From a virus (Duplodnaviria; Caudoviricetes), in the IMG/VR virus record IMGVR_UViG_3300034021_000250, positions 1 through 57,086 of that record: a stretch of DNA of 57,086 nucleotides; one strand, 5' to 3'. This document shows positions 8,659 through 19,136 of this stretch, piece by piece (the stretch's first letter is position 1; each line of letters opens with the position of its first letter). The position numbers were made by a program, and so were the translations under genes. The notes below the pieces were generated by a model. That model was not told where the DNA came from. It made no database searches and was given only the letters and a program-made list of their open reading frames with translations.

Positions 8659-10325
8659 TGGGTAACTTTTGGAGAAGCTTTAGTGAAGGCGTCACAATGG
8701 GTGACAGGATTAACGATAAATTAGATAAGTATCGTATCGGTAAAGAACTACGTGCTATCAACAGTGAGTCGCCTACACGTGAATACTCAAATGAAGGTCT
8801 TACAGAGATCAACAACTCAGACCCTAATTCAGGTAAAGAATGGGTATCAACAAACAGCGAAGATAATCCACTAGGCATTGGTGGAGGTAGCGGTTATTGG
8901 AAAGACTCAGCCGGTAATCAGTTTGCTCCACAAGATACACCTACTGTTGACGATAGAGGTAACTACACATTAGCTAATGGTAAAACAGTCGGCCTTAGCC
9001 AGTATCGTCTTGGAGACCAAGTTCAAGAAAAGGAGTTCTCAAAGCACCAACTCCAAGCATATCGCTTAGAAAAAGCAGCACAAGTAATGGACTCTATGGG
9101 TGAACCAGAAAAAGCGCAACAGTATCGCGCTCAAGGTTTACAAACACAAATGCTTGGTGAGCAACTCCAAACAATGCGTGACCAGTCTGACGAAAAAAAT
9201 CAGTTCAAAGAAGGTTTCAAGAACGCACAAAAGATAACACTAGGTTGGGATCAGGCTAAACAACAAGCACAGGATTTATATGCCGCAGGTGATGTTGAAG
9301 GCGCTGGTAAAGTGTTAATCAACTTCTACAACAAGCAAGTACCTGATGGTACTAATGCCTACATGGATGACTCAGGCCACCTACACTATTCACAGGGTGA
9401 CAAGTTAACGTCTGCTCAAGCAAACATCTATAACCCAGACACATTCAAGAAAATGGTTCAAGCTGGCGACTCTCAAGTTCAAGCGCACATTAAGTCTTTA
9501 ATCCCTGTTCAAAGTTTTGAGCAAATGATGACAATGCGCACAGCAGACAACCAAGACCGCGGATTTAACGAAGGCGTGCGTCAGTTTGGTATTACAAGCG
9601 GTCAACGCGACGCAGAACTTACTGATAACCGTAACTACCGTCAAGGTACCCTAGATAATGCTGCTGCAGAATTGAAAATGAAACAACCGTACTACGCTTC
9701 AGAAGCCGCTAAAAATAAAGCAGAAGCAACTTGGTATGGTCGTCGTTCTGGTGGTGGTGAACACGCATCAGTATGGGCGCCTGTTGGACAAGATAAAGAC
9801 GGCACAATTGTTTCATTTGATAGAACAACAAACCGCCTAGCTCGTACTGATGGTAAACCTGTACAAGACCAAAGCTTATTCAGAAAAGTTACTGGTGAAA
9901 AATCTACTAGAGAAATGACTCCAGACGACCTAGTTAAAATTAGGTCTATCGCGTCAGAAACACCGGGCTGGGATGATATGCCAGCAGGTAAGCAACAAGA
10001 AGTTATTAGTGGGATTATGCAGCAATTTAACTTTGCTCCGTCATCTGATAAATCAAGCGATCCAATGAGTGTTACTCCTCCTGATGGGTCTCCTAGAAAA
10101 GGTAAACCTTCTGGTGCAAGCCTTAATCTCAGAGGCCCAATGGGGCAAGACTTAGGATTTACTCAAGCGGATTTAGATTCTGTTAGACGCAGGAACGGTA
10201 CTGTAACGTTGTCATCAAACAAAGAACCAACGCGTGCTGAGATTGAAGAAGCTAGAAAGCACGCACAAAATAAACCAGCACTAGGATTAAATACCAGCAA
10301 CACGTTTAGCCCATTTGCTTTGTAA
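8658..10325 (+). CDS. Internal virion (ejection) protein
   Basis: TAATG-coupled; hydrophilic helical composition; sits between pilot and giant protein. Confidence 0.6.
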   Translation: MGNFWRSFSEGVTMGDRINDKLDKYRIGKELRAINSESPTREYSNEGLTEINNSDPNSGKEWVSTNSEDNPLGIGGGSGYWKDSAGNQFAPQDTPTVDDRGNYTLANGKTVGLSQYRLGDQVQEKEFSKHQLQAYRLEKAAQVMDSMGEPEKAQQYRAQGLQTQMLGEQLQTMRDQSDEKNQFKEGFKNAQKITLGWDQAKQQAQDLYAAGDVEGAGKVLINFYNKQVPDGTNAYMDDSGHLHYSQGDKLTSAQANIYNPDTFKKMVQAGDSQVQAHIKSLIPVQSFEQMMTMRTADNQDRGFNEGVRQFGITSGQRDAELTDNRNYRQGTLDNAAAELKMKQPYYASEAAKNKAEATWYGRRSGGGEHASVWAPVGQDKDGTIVSFDRTTNRLARTDGKPVQDQSLFRKVTGEKSTREMTPDDLVKIRSIASETPGWDDMPAGKQQEVISGIMQQFNFAPSSDKSSDPMSVTPPDGSPRKGKPSGASLNLRGPMGQDLGFTQADLDSVRRRNGTVTLSSNKEPTRAEIEEARKHAQNKPALGLNTSNTFSPFAL

Positions 10326-10344
10326 CATAGAGTTGGAGTAATAC

Positions 10345-13300
10345 ATGGCTTTAATTGATGACATCCGTAAGAAATATGCTGGTACCGCTTATGACAAAAT
10401 GTCAGACTTTGATATCGCTAAACATATCGCTGACAGCTCGGGCAGGAAAGTTGATGCAGTCGCTTACGATTTAGGTATCGACCTATCGCTTCCGAAGTCT
10501 GACATAGGTAAAGAAATTCATGCCGGTGGTAATAACTACGCCGCTGGCATGCGTCATATCCAGCACGCGTTAACAGGAAATAATGAGTATCTTGTAAAAG
10601 CACTTAATGATTCTGATCGCGCTGAGTTCTTACAAAGCCAATCTAAGGCTCCACACTCTTGGGATGAAGTAAAACTAGGTGATAGTGATAAAGGTCTTAC
10701 TAACTATCTAGGTCAAGGTTTTGCTAGTTCACTCCCTTATATGGCTGAAGCAGCTGTGTATGGTTTAGCAGACTACTTTTCAGGTGGCGCATTAACTCCA
10801 GCTATTGTTGAACGCTATGCAGGACAAGCCGCTTTAAAAGCAGGTGCTAGAGAATCAGTCGCTAAGAACATCGGAAATTCAGCTGCTAAAACAGCTGGTA
10901 TGACAGCAGCTACATACCCTTCAGCGCTTGGCGACGTTCTATCTAACCAGTACAACCAATCTGGTGAATATAACATGGGCTACGCTCTTCCAGCCGCCCT
11001 ACCATATGCAGCACTTAATTCACTTGGTCTTGAAGGTGCTTTAGCACGCAGGTCTATCACACGTGGATTAGTCGAACCAACTACTAGCCGTCTTGCTAAT
11101 GCTGCTATCGGCTTTGGTCGTACAGGTATCGAAGAAGCTATTGGTGAAACTGGTCAAGAAGTCGTTAACCAGTACGGTCGTCGTTCAGTTGATAGTTCAT
11201 ACGACCCTATGGGTGCGCAAGCAATGGCTGCGTATAAAGAATCAGCTATCCTTGGCGGATTGATGGGCGGCTTGCCGGGTGGTATTCACGGTGCATTCCA
11301 AAAAGGTACTATCGACCACAGCGACCCAACAGATTTGTTAGGTAAACGCACTACACACGAAGACCAAGCATACTACCAAGCACTTCAAGGCGCTAATAAC
11401 TTTAAGGCGCCTGACTATTTAACGCCTAACGTTAATCAAGGTGCTGGAGTTGGTACGCAAGAGTGGATTAACCAACAAACAGGCGTAGGCGCATCATCTA
11501 ACGTGTCTCGTAAAGACGTAGCCGCAGCATTCAACGAAAAGCTAGATACCCCGCAAATTGTTCTTGATGCTAAAGGTACTCCGTATACAACGGATAGTGC
11601 AGCTGATGTATTTGAGTTTGAACAGTTTGGTCGTACGTCTAAGAACGCTACTAAGGCTCAAAAAGCTGCTGCGCAAGCGCAACAAAACACACAGAATACT
11701 ACACAAAATAATACACAAGATACTGCAAAAGAAGAGGCAGCTTGGGACTATGTGCATCCAGAAACAGGCGAGGCAATCCCTAAAGCAGCTGAACTTGGTA
11801 TCAAGTCTATCAAGAAACAACAAGCATACGAGATGGTTGCATCAGCATTACACGATGGCACTATTGACCAAGCAGAGTTTGAGGCTCAAGTTAATGCTAT
11901 TCAAACAACACAAAAAATTGGCTCACTAACTACACGAATCGAAAAAGAACTACGTGCTGCACGTGATGTTAAAACAACAGGTAGTAACGTTTCTACAGCT
12001 GACTCACAAGCACTAGGTACTGTTCTAAAGAGCATGGTGACACCTGAGCAATTGAAATGGTGGGAAGCTAGACAAGACCCATTAAACGAAAATAAATCAG
12101 ATGCAACTATCGCTAAAGAACTAGGCTTCACTCGTCAGAACGGTAGTAAGCTTGCTAAGAACTCACGTAAAGTTGTTGCACAGAAAGTTGCTAATGCCTT
12201 CGGTATTACACCAGAAGAAGCTGACGCACGCATCGTAGAACACTTAAAAGCTACAGCGCCTAAAGCAGTTGCTGCAGAAAACAACGTTGGTATGTCACCA
12301 GAGTCACAACAGTCAGTCATTGATAAAACAGACCTAACCTCAAACGACGAGAGTGGCAGCGTACAAAGCATGGGTGTTATCAACAGTGTCGGTGGCTCTC
12401 AACGTGGAAACATGTCTGTAGGTAAAACAGAACTACCACCAAACTATGTAGAGACAGTTAACCCTAGCAACAATGCTAGGGCCGCTGCAAACGTAGCACG
12501 TGAACAGCATATACATGATATGTTAAATGACCCTGAGCATAAGAATGCTGCTAACGATTGGAACGACTTTAAGTCTGAAGGCACACCAGAATTTCACGAG
12601 CTTTCACCAGAAGTACGCGCAGATTTTATTTCAGACTACATTGAAATTATCAACGCAAAAGAGGAATATGACTGGACTGACGGTGAAGAACTTCGTCAGA
12701 TCGAACTTGCGCAACGTGAAGCAGAACAATTACTAGGGAGCAGCGATGTCAGAGATAGCCAAAGCACTGGAAAAGTGGAAGGAAATTCCACCGGAAGTAC
12801 GCAAACAGATGGTAGAAAAAAATCCGAAGTACGCGCCATTGGAAAGAATGGTAGCGCTGATGGAAGCACAAACACCGCAACCACAGACGACGAACTCGCA
12901 AGATTAATTGCTTCACAAGAAGAAGACGTTCAATCTGAAAATATTGATGACAACGAAACCGAAGATGGTGGCGCAAGACGTTCAGAATCCGGCGCTACTA
13001 CTGGCACATCAGTTGTTAACATCAAAGCAACTTTAAAAGCTTTATTCCTATCCCCAGCTAAGTTTGACCAGCTAGTTAAAATCGTACAGTCAGTTAAAGA
13101 TATTCCTGAAAACGTACGCGCTAACGCACAACTATCTGACTCAGACAGAACTACTCAAGGTTTTGCTTGGGAAGGTAAAGTGTATTTGATCGCTGACAAT
13201 ATCGCTGAGAAATCTACCCTTGCTGTGTTCTTACATGAACTCGGCGTACACGTTGGGTTAGAAAAACTTCTTGGTGAAGATAACTTCAGAAACCTAGCAG

Positions 13301-16300
13301 CTCAAATTTCAGAATGGTCTGCTCGTACAGATAATTCATTAGAAGCTCGTCTAGCACGTAAGGCTATGGAACGAGTTGAGTCCGCAGCAAACAGCGCTGA
13401 TAAGCGCGGTCAATCATTTGAAGATGGTGATTATCTACACGAGATGATTGCGTACTTTGTAGAAGAAGCCGTACTTGCTGGTGTAGACCCTACTGCAGTG
13501 ACACATATTAAATCAGCTGGCCTACGTGAATGGTTCCGTAAATTCACCGCTGCTATGAAACTAGGTCTACGTAAACTTAGCCTAGGTCGTTTTGATTTGC
13601 TTACAGCACAGAACATCGTTGATATGACCTTCGGTGCAGCTGACCTAGAACTTAACGGTACATGGCATGGCACAGCAGCGGACTTCCGAAACTTCGACCA
13701 CAAGTACATGGGGTCTGGTGAAGGCGCTCAAGCGTTTGGATGGGGTTCGTACTTTGCTCAACGTAAAGGCATTGCTAACGACTACCTAGATCAAGACGTC
13801 AGAAGAAAATCTAGCCGTGCTTCGCACTGGGTTAACGAGAAACGCAGTGAGATTACTAAGTTTGCAAATGTGATCAAAGCCAAGTATGCAGAAAAAATAG
13901 CTGAGATTCTAAGTAAAGAAGGCGCTCAATCAGGCCACTTAAAACTTGCCAAGCTACTAGGCTTTATCGACATGCAACGGTTTAACATGAACTCTTACGC
14001 TGAGTTCCTTGAAGCAATAGGCCAAGAAATTGCTAACGAAAACTTTACCAGAGCTTTTGGTGGTATGCGTATAAATAGCCCCATCATTGGTGATGAAAAT
14101 TCTAAAATAGCTGCCGTTTCGCCAGCAATGGTTAATGAAGCAATTGATAAACTGCTCAAGTCTAAACCTATCGAAGGTTCAATGATGCGTGTTCGTCCTT
14201 TAGTGGCAGAAAACGAGCTGCTTGACTGGGATGCACCTTTAGATGAGCAATCACCGCAAGTACAAAAAGTAATAGACAAAATTAGCGATGATATTAAAGA
14301 ACGCGCTGACGACTTATCTCGCCATGGTAATGCTACAGGTGAAACGCTATACCGTGCTATCCATGAAGCTGCTGATGAAGGTATGTTCTGGAAAGAAGCT
14401 GGTGTTGAAGATACTGGCAGACGTCAAGATGCACAGAAGGTCGCAAGTCTATACTTAGATAAACTAGGTATTCCGGGTCTTAAGTTCTTAGACCATCCTA
14501 GCCGTAATAAGAAAGATTTGGACGCTGCTCAAAGTGCGACACGTAATATCGTTGTGTTTAACGACAAGAACATCTCACGCGCAGCAACACAAATTGGTGG
14601 TGATTCAAACCGTGTACGCTTCTCACAAACAGACGAAGAAGTACCTGAAGAGCAATCTACTGTACGCAATCCATTAGGTGATAAACGTAAAGCAGCTATG
14701 ACAGACATCGGTGCAGCATTTGCTACGGTGACACCTAAGCTTCTAACAAACTACCAACTAGTAGACCAGTTCGGTAAGAAATTAAAAGCCTTGGTTGAAT
14801 ACATGAACTTGAACGACAAGATGACTGTGCTTCAACAAAAGCTAGTTCGTTCTTCACATGACATCCTTGAGAGCTGGAACAAACTATCACGTACTTCACC
14901 TAAGATGGCATGGCGTTTATCAGGTGTAATGCATGACGCTACACTCGAAGGTATCCACCCTGACTTGGCATTTGATGATGAACTTAACTCTCACCTAGAT
15001 AAAGTTAAAGACCGTGAGAAGTATGACGCATTGAAGTTACGCTATAACGCGTTAACAACAGAAGCTAAAGAAACCTATCAGGCAGTTAAGGCTACGCTTG
15101 CAAACAACTGGAAACTACGTAAAGAAATTTACGCTGACGTTGTACGTATGGCATATGCCAAACAACTTGAGTTAGCTAAAGCAAACAAAGACCAAAAAGA
15201 AATCGACCGCATTGAAGCTAAGATTGCTAAGGAAATCGAAAACCACGCTGACCAAATCAAATCAATCCGTGGCCCTTACTTCCCACTCATGCGTTTCGGT
15301 GACTTCTTAGTTATTGCTGAATCTAATGAGTTGCAAGCAGCACGTGAAGAGTTGCAAACTGCAACCGGTGATCGCTTCAAAGAAGTTAAGAAGCGCGTTG
15401 TAGCTATGGAGAAAGACGCTAAACATTATCAAGTGCATTCATTTGATAAAGCATCTGAACAAAAAGCTATGGCAGCGAAGCTAGAGAACACGCACGAAGT
15501 ACGTCTAACCAAAGGTGAAGACTACCAACGTGAATTACGCCCATCAACATTCGGTCAACTAGAACAACTAGACAACGTACTTGGTACAGAGTTTGGTTCT
15601 AGAGCTAGTGGTATCTCAGCTAAGATTCGTGACGCGGTTACTGAAATGTACTTAAGCTCTATGCCTGAGCATTCAGCACTCCAACGTCAAATTAAACGTC
15701 ATGGTATCCAAGGTGCTTCACAAGACATGATGCGCTCATTTGCTGAGTTGATGGAACGCGATTCGTTCTACTTATCACGCATGCGCTTTATGCCAGAAAT
15801 CACATCTAGCTTGTACAAGATGAAAGACGAGTCTCGTGCTAGCAACGAACTACGTGATGTATACAACAACGTTAAATCTCGTATGGCTATGGACTTCTCA
15901 TACACCAGAGCGCCTGTAGCAGCGTTTTTATCTAGACTAAGTTCTATCTGGCACTTAGGTGTTGCACCATCATACTTACTAATCAACGGTACACAGCCTT
16001 GGACTATTACCATGCCGCAACTAGCTGGTAAGTTTGGCGGAGCAAAAGCATTTGGTGCTATGCGTTCTGCTTGGGCTGATTCAGTACGAATTATTAAAGG
16101 GGGTCGAAATGGCGAATTCTTTAGTCTATCTAACGCTGATTTGTCTAAGACGCTTGCTGGCGATGAGCTACGTATGGCTACAGAACTTCAAGACTTGGGT
16201 AAATTGGACATCGCTCAAAACATTGACACTGAAGTGTACGCTTCAGGCACTGACCCTAAATGGATTCGCGCTCAACGTGTATTTAACTGGGCTTCTCATA

Positions 16301-17451
16301 ACATCGAGTTAACCAACCGTTTGTCTACAGCTTTAGCAACTTACCGCCTAGAACGTAGTCGCGGTGCAACACACGAAGACGCAACATCTAAAGCACGTGA
16401 AGCAATCGAGCTTACACAACTTACATACGATGACACTAACGCAGCGTACTTTATGAAGTCTGGTCACTTAGGTGGTTGGAACCGTATGCCTATGCAATTC
16501 CGTAAGTATCAACAAGGCATGATTTACTTGCTAGTACGTAACGCTAAAGAATCGTTCAAAGGCGACAAAGAATCTCAGCGTGCATTAGGTTATTTGTTAA
16601 TGATGCAGTTAGCCACGGCTGGTGCAGCAGGTATTCCACTAGCATTCCCACTAGCGGTAGTCGGTAGTTTGTTTGGTGATGATGACGATGAAAAAGGCGA
16701 TTACGCTACGCAAGTACGTAACTACCTAGCTGACATGCTAGGCCCCACTGCAGCACGCGCTTTATGGAAAGGCTTACCGACACTTCTAGGTTTAGACATC
16801 TCACGAAATATCGGTATGGGCGACTTGTTTAACCCGCTTCCAATGATGCGTTGGAGTGATGTGACAAATGCTAAGACAGGTAAAGACGCAGTAGCAACAC
16901 TTCTGCTAAATGCAGCTGGCGCACCTTTCGGGACTGTAGCTGATTTGTTTGAAGGTATCCAGAGGTTTAGCCATGGCGAGATTGAACGCGGTATTGAGAA
17001 GATGCTACCTAAATTCTTGGCGTCTCCAGTTAAAGCAGTTCGATATGCAACCGATGGTTTGACTTCACGCAGCGGTAACGTTGCGGTTGAACCAGATAAG
17101 TTTGATGGTTGGGACTTGGCATACAAAGCACTAGGCTTTAGCCCAGTAGTTGAGTCAGAACACTATGCAGCACAAAACTCTAAAGAAGATGTAGCCCAAG
17201 CAATCAATGCTCGCCGTAAAGAAATTTATAGCCAGTACGCTCAAGCTCGTTTATCTGGTGGGAATGCTAGTGATGTTCGTGAAGCAGTTGCGAAGTTTAA
17301 CTCAGATCATCCAAAACAACGTATCACCCAAGAGCAGTTACTTCAATCATTGCAACAACGTCGTAGTAGTAAGAAAGAATACGACGAAGCTGGTGTTCGA
17401 TTCAGCAAGCGTGACAAGTCACTCAAAGGCGTTGATAGATACGCATACTAG
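10345..17451 (+). CDS. Large polyvalent internal virion protein (HTH-like, zincin metallopeptidase, ART-like, PLxRFG domains)
   Basis: HELGVH plus downstream EMIAY; WHGT...GSGEGAQAFGWGSYFA; PYFPLMRFG; hydrophobic C-terminal segments. Confidence 0.8.
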   Translation: MALIDDIRKKYAGTAYDKMSDFDIAKHIADSSGRKVDAVAYDLGIDLSLPKSDIGKEIHAGGNNYAAGMRHIQHALTGNNEYLVKALNDSDRAEFLQSQSKAPHSWDEVKLGDSDKGLTNYLGQGFASSLPYMAEAAVYGLADYFSGGALTPAIVERYAGQAALKAGARESVAKNIGNSAAKTAGMTAATYPSALGDVLSNQYNQSGEYNMGYALPAALPYAALNSLGLEGALARRSITRGLVEPTTSRLANAAIGFGRTGIEEAIGETGQEVVNQYGRRSVDSSYDPMGAQAMAAYKESAILGGLMGGLPGGIHGAFQKGTIDHSDPTDLLGKRTTHEDQAYYQALQGANNFKAPDYLTPNVNQGAGVGTQEWINQQTGVGASSNVSRKDVAAAFNEKLDTPQIVLDAKGTPYTTDSAADVFEFEQFGRTSKNATKAQKAAAQAQQNTQNTTQNNTQDTAKEEAAWDYVHPETGEAIPKAAELGIKSIKKQQAYEMVASALHDGTIDQAEFEAQVNAIQTTQKIGSLTTRIEKELRAARDVKTTGSNVSTADSQALGTVLKSMVTPEQLKWWEARQDPLNENKSDATIAKELGFTRQNGSKLAKNSRKVVAQKVANAFGITPEEADARIVEHLKATAPKAVAAENNVGMSPESQQSVIDKTDLTSNDESGSVQSMGVINSVGGSQRGNMSVGKTELPPNYVETVNPSNNARAAANVAREQHIHDMLNDPEHKNAANDWNDFKSEGTPEFHELSPEVRADFISDYIEIINAKEEYDWTDGEELRQIELAQREAEQLLGSSDVRDSQSTGKVEGNSTGSTQTDGRKKSEVRAIGKNGSADGSTNTATTDDELARLIASQEEDVQSENIDDNETEDGGARRSESGATTGTSVVNIKATLKALFLSPAKFDQLVKIVQSVKDIPENVRANAQLSDSDRTTQGFAWEGKVYLIADNIAEKSTLAVFLHELGVHVGLEKLLGEDNFRNLAAQISEWSARTDNSLEARLARKAMERVESAANSADKRGQSFEDGDYLHEMIAYFVEEAVLAGVDPTAVTHIKSAGLREWFRKFTAAMKLGLRKLSLGRFDLLTAQNIVDMTFGAADLELNGTWHGTAADFRNFDHKYMGSGEGAQAFGWGSYFAQRKGIANDYLDQDVRRKSSRASHWVNEKRSEITKFANVIKAKYAEKIAEILSKEGAQSGHLKLAKLLGFIDMQRFNMNSYAEFLEAIGQEIANENFTRAFGGMRINSPIIGDENSKIAAVSPAMVNEAIDKLLKSKPIEGSMMRVRPLVAENELLDWDAPLDEQSPQVQKVIDKISDDIKERADDLSRHGNATGETLYRAIHEAADEGMFWKEAGVEDTGRRQDAQKVASLYLDKLGIPGLKFLDHPSRNKKDLDAAQSATRNIVVFNDKNISRAATQIGGDSNRVRFSQTDEEVPEEQSTVRNPLGDKRKAAMTDIGAAFATVTPKLLTNYQLVDQFGKKLKALVEYMNLNDKMTVLQQKLVRSSHDILESWNKLSRTSPKMAWRLSGVMHDATLEGIHPDLAFDDELNSHLDKVKDREKYDALKLRYNALTTEAKETYQAVKATLANNWKLRKEIYADVVRMAYAKQLELAKANKDQKEIDRIEAKIAKEIENHADQIKSIRGPYFPLMRFGDFLVIAESNELQAAREELQTATGDRFKEVKKRVVAMEKDAKHYQVHSFDKASEQKAMAAKLENTHEVRLTKGEDYQRELRPSTFGQLEQLDNVLGTEFGSRASGISAKIRDAVTEMYLSSMPEHSALQRQIKRHGIQGASQDMMRSFAELMERDSFYLSRMRFMPEITSSLYKMKDESRASNELRDVYNNVKSRMAMDFSYTRAPVAAFLSRLSSIWHLGVAPSYLLINGTQPWTITMPQLAGKFGGAKAFGAMRSAWADSVRIIKGGRNGEFFSLSNADLSKTLAGDELRMATELQDLGKLDIAQNIDTEVYASGTDPKWIRAQRVFNWASHNIELTNRLSTALATYRLERSRGATHEDATSKAREAIELTQLTYDDTNAAYFMKSGHLGGWNRMPMQFRKYQQGMIYLLVRNAKESFKGDKESQRALGYLLMMQLATAGAAGIPLAFPLAVVGSLFGDDDDEKGDYATQVRNYLADMLGPTAARALWKGLPTLLGLDISRNIGMGDLFNPLPMMRWSDVTNAKTGKDAVATLLLNAAGAPFGTVADLFEGIQRFSHGEIERGIEKMLPKFLASPVKAVRYATDGLTSRSGNVAVEPDKFDGWDLAYKALGFSPVVESEHYAAQNSKEDVAQAINARRKEIYSQYAQARLSGGNASDVREAVAKFNSDHPKQRITQEQLLQSLQQRRSSKKEYDEAGVRFSKRDKSLKGVDRYAY

Positions 17452-17459
17452 AGTAAACG

Positions 17460-17957
17460 CTGATTAGTCACCCGACCCACATAACCGGCAGAGCAGCCGA
17501 GGCGTACGTTAGATATGATTTATCAAAGCGTGGCTATGTTGTCTGTGCTGGATTTGAAGGTGCGCCATATGACCTACTTGTAGACGTCGGTAAAAAGTTT
17601 ATCCGCATACAGGTAAAGGGTACGGAGAAGGTATCTCAAAAGAAATCAGGTGCGCACTACACGCCAACGTACAAATTTAGTACGGCTGGAATGAAACCAG
17701 AATGTGATGTTGTTGCTTTGGTTGCGTTGGATATTGAAAAGATTTGGTACGCTGATCTAGCAGACTGCCTATATAAAGACAAGGTTTGGGTACCAACTAA
17801 GCGGATGGTTCTTGGGTCTGATGCCGCACTTCTCGCCGCAATCCAGCTAGGTATGCACCCCATAACCTCCATGCCGCCTTGCGCTCTGGTAAATACTCCG
17901 CATGATTGTAAACAGCCATCACACCTTCCATCGTGTGATTCAGCATTTTCTCTGTAA
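17460..17957 (+). CDS. PD-(D/E)XK endonuclease (group I intron-associated type), non-canonical start
   Basis: Frame of ORF 17691 is open back to TAA 17454-56 and encodes GRAAEAYV...PYDLLVD...RIQVKG...CDVVALV; first codons ACG CTG ATT. Confidence 0.7.
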   Translation: MISHPTHITGRAAEAYVRYDLSKRGYVVCAGFEGAPYDLLVDVGKKFIRIQVKGTEKVSQKKSGAHYTPTYKFSTAGMKPECDVVALVALDIEKIWYADLADCLYKDKVWVPTKRMVLGSDAALLAAIQLGMHPITSMPPCALVNTPHDCKQPSHLPSCDSAFSL

Positions 17958-18888
17958 CGTGTGGCATTACACCTTTATCGTTTAGGTGGGTAGTAATCGT
18001 TCTACGGAAATCATGGGGCGTGTAACTAACGCCTCTTCGTTTTATTGCCCGTGCCATTACTCGATGGTCTCCAACGTAAGGTGGTGGAACAATTTTAAGA
18101 ACCATTCTGGCTTGAGGTGAGAGGTATACTTTATGCAGCTTTTTATTCTTGTTACCTTTTTGATCGGTGGGGATGTGCCACCAGCAACCGTTGATCTGTG
18201 CTTTACAAATCCCAAGTACCTCACTGGCTCGTTGACCTGTAAGTAACGCAAGTGCCAAAGCAGCACGAGTTCGATAATCCATTCGTGGTGTGCGTAGTTC
18301 GATTAGTAGGTTTTTAATTTCTTCTACCGACAAAACTTTGGTACGTGGCTTCTCTTTACCACCAACAGCTTTTTTAGTTAGCGGCAGCAGAACATTATTT
18401 TCTATGTCACCGCGTTCAACAGCAAAACCAAATATAAGTTTGATGTCAGTTAGCACCCTATTCGCCATGATGGGTGAACCGCGTTCTACAATCTTTTCTA
18501 AAAGCTTCGCAACCTCTGCCCTTTTAACCGTTCTGATGTCTCTAGAGCCTAGTACGGGCTTAATTTCTTTTTCGTACTTGTACATAAACTGCTCAGGATT
18601 TACGTACCTTCTCTTAACATGTTTGTAGAAGGCTGTGAACACTTTATCCACGGTTGGAATATCTTCTGCGATACCTTCAGGGGTATGAACAAAGTTTGTT
18701 GCAAGCTTTCTTGCGTCAGCTAGTCCCAAATTGGGATAGTCGCCTAACTTAATCCATTTACTTTTGTGACGGTACAAAAACTCTTTACGTCCAGATGTGT
18801 GAACTCTAAGGTATAATTTTTTACCAGCCAATATAAACTGGTCTTTGTCAGTAGGCTTTAAGCCTTTTAATTCTTTATCGGTCAACAT
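17797..18888 (-). CDS. int: Tyrosine integrase, P4-like with N-terminal arm-binding domain
   Basis: LTDKELK...LYLRV...GRKEF N-terminus; catalytic TGQRASE, HDFRRT, LNH, VYNHAEY. Confidence 0.95.
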   Translation of the reverse strand: MLTDKELKGLKPTDKDQFILAGKKLYLRVHTSGRKEFLYRHKSKWIKLGDYPNLGLADARKLATNFVHTPEGIAEDIPTVDKVFTAFYKHVKRRYVNPEQFMYKYEKEIKPVLGSRDIRTVKRAEVAKLLEKIVERGSPIMANRVLTDIKLIFGFAVERGDIENNVLLPLTKKAVGGKEKPRTKVLSVEEIKNLLIELRTPRMDYRTRAALALALLTGQRASEVLGICKAQINGCWWHIPTDQKGNKNKKLHKVYLSPQARMVLKIVPPPYVGDHRVMARAIKRRGVSYTPHDFRRTITTHLNDKGVMPHVTEKMLNHTMEGVMAVYNHAEYLPERKAAWRLWGAYLAGLRREVRHQTQEPSA

Positions 18889-18895
18889 GTAAAGA

Positions 18896-18924
18896 AGTTT
18901 ACAGTATTATGGAATCTGTGACAA
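18896..18924 (-). promoter_or_regulatory. Integrase promoter (near-leaderless), -35 overlapping an arm-type repeat
   Basis: Minus strand TTGTCA-17bp-TAAACT ending 7 nt before ATG 18888; no SD. Confidence 0.55.
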
Positions 18925-18935
18925 TTTCTGTGACA
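18916..18935 (+). repeat. Putative integrase arm-binding sites, left arm
   Basis: CTGTGACA-ATTT-CTGTGACA, 12-bp period, matched on the other side of the att core. Confidence 0.7.
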
Positions 18936-18980
18936 CTTTGGAAAATGCTTGGGGGTATTACGGGGTGGGGTATTTGACAT

Positions 18981-18993
18981 TAAGTGCTTGATT
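18981..18993 (-). promoter_or_regulatory. IHF site in attP left arm
   Basis: Minus strand AATCAAGCACTTA fits WATCAANNNNTTR. Confidence 0.6.
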
Positions 18994-19044
18994 TACAAAG
19001 CAACAGACACCTTATGCAAAATCATGTTTCTACCCCTTTTTTGC

Positions 19045-19089
19045 CTACGAACCAAGGGGTCAGGAGTTCGAATCTCTTCGGGCGCACCA
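19045..19089 (+). mobile_element. attP: attP core: 3' half of tRNA-Arg(ACG)
   Basis: CTACGAA anticodon loop, CCAAG, T-arm AGGAG-TTCGAAT-CTCTT, acceptor strand and CCA; no 5' half; adjacent to int. Confidence 0.9.
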
Positions 19090-19093
19090 TATA

Positions 19094-19106
19094 AATCAAG
19101 GGGTTA
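19094..19106 (+). promoter_or_regulatory. IHF site in attP right arm
   Basis: AATCAAGGGGTTA fits WATCAANNNNTTR. Confidence 0.6.
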
Positions 19107-19128
19107 GCATCACTGCTAGCCCCTTTTT
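19098..19128 (+). terminator. Rho-independent terminator for the reconstituted tRNA
   Basis: AAGGGGTTAGCA-TCAC-TGCTAGCCCCTT followed by a T run. Confidence 0.8.
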
Positions 19129-19136
19129 ACATCCAA

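Noticed and set aside
19020-19089. Functional phage tRNA-Arg gene
   Set aside because: No 5' acceptor strand or D-arm; only the 3' half is present, as expected for attP
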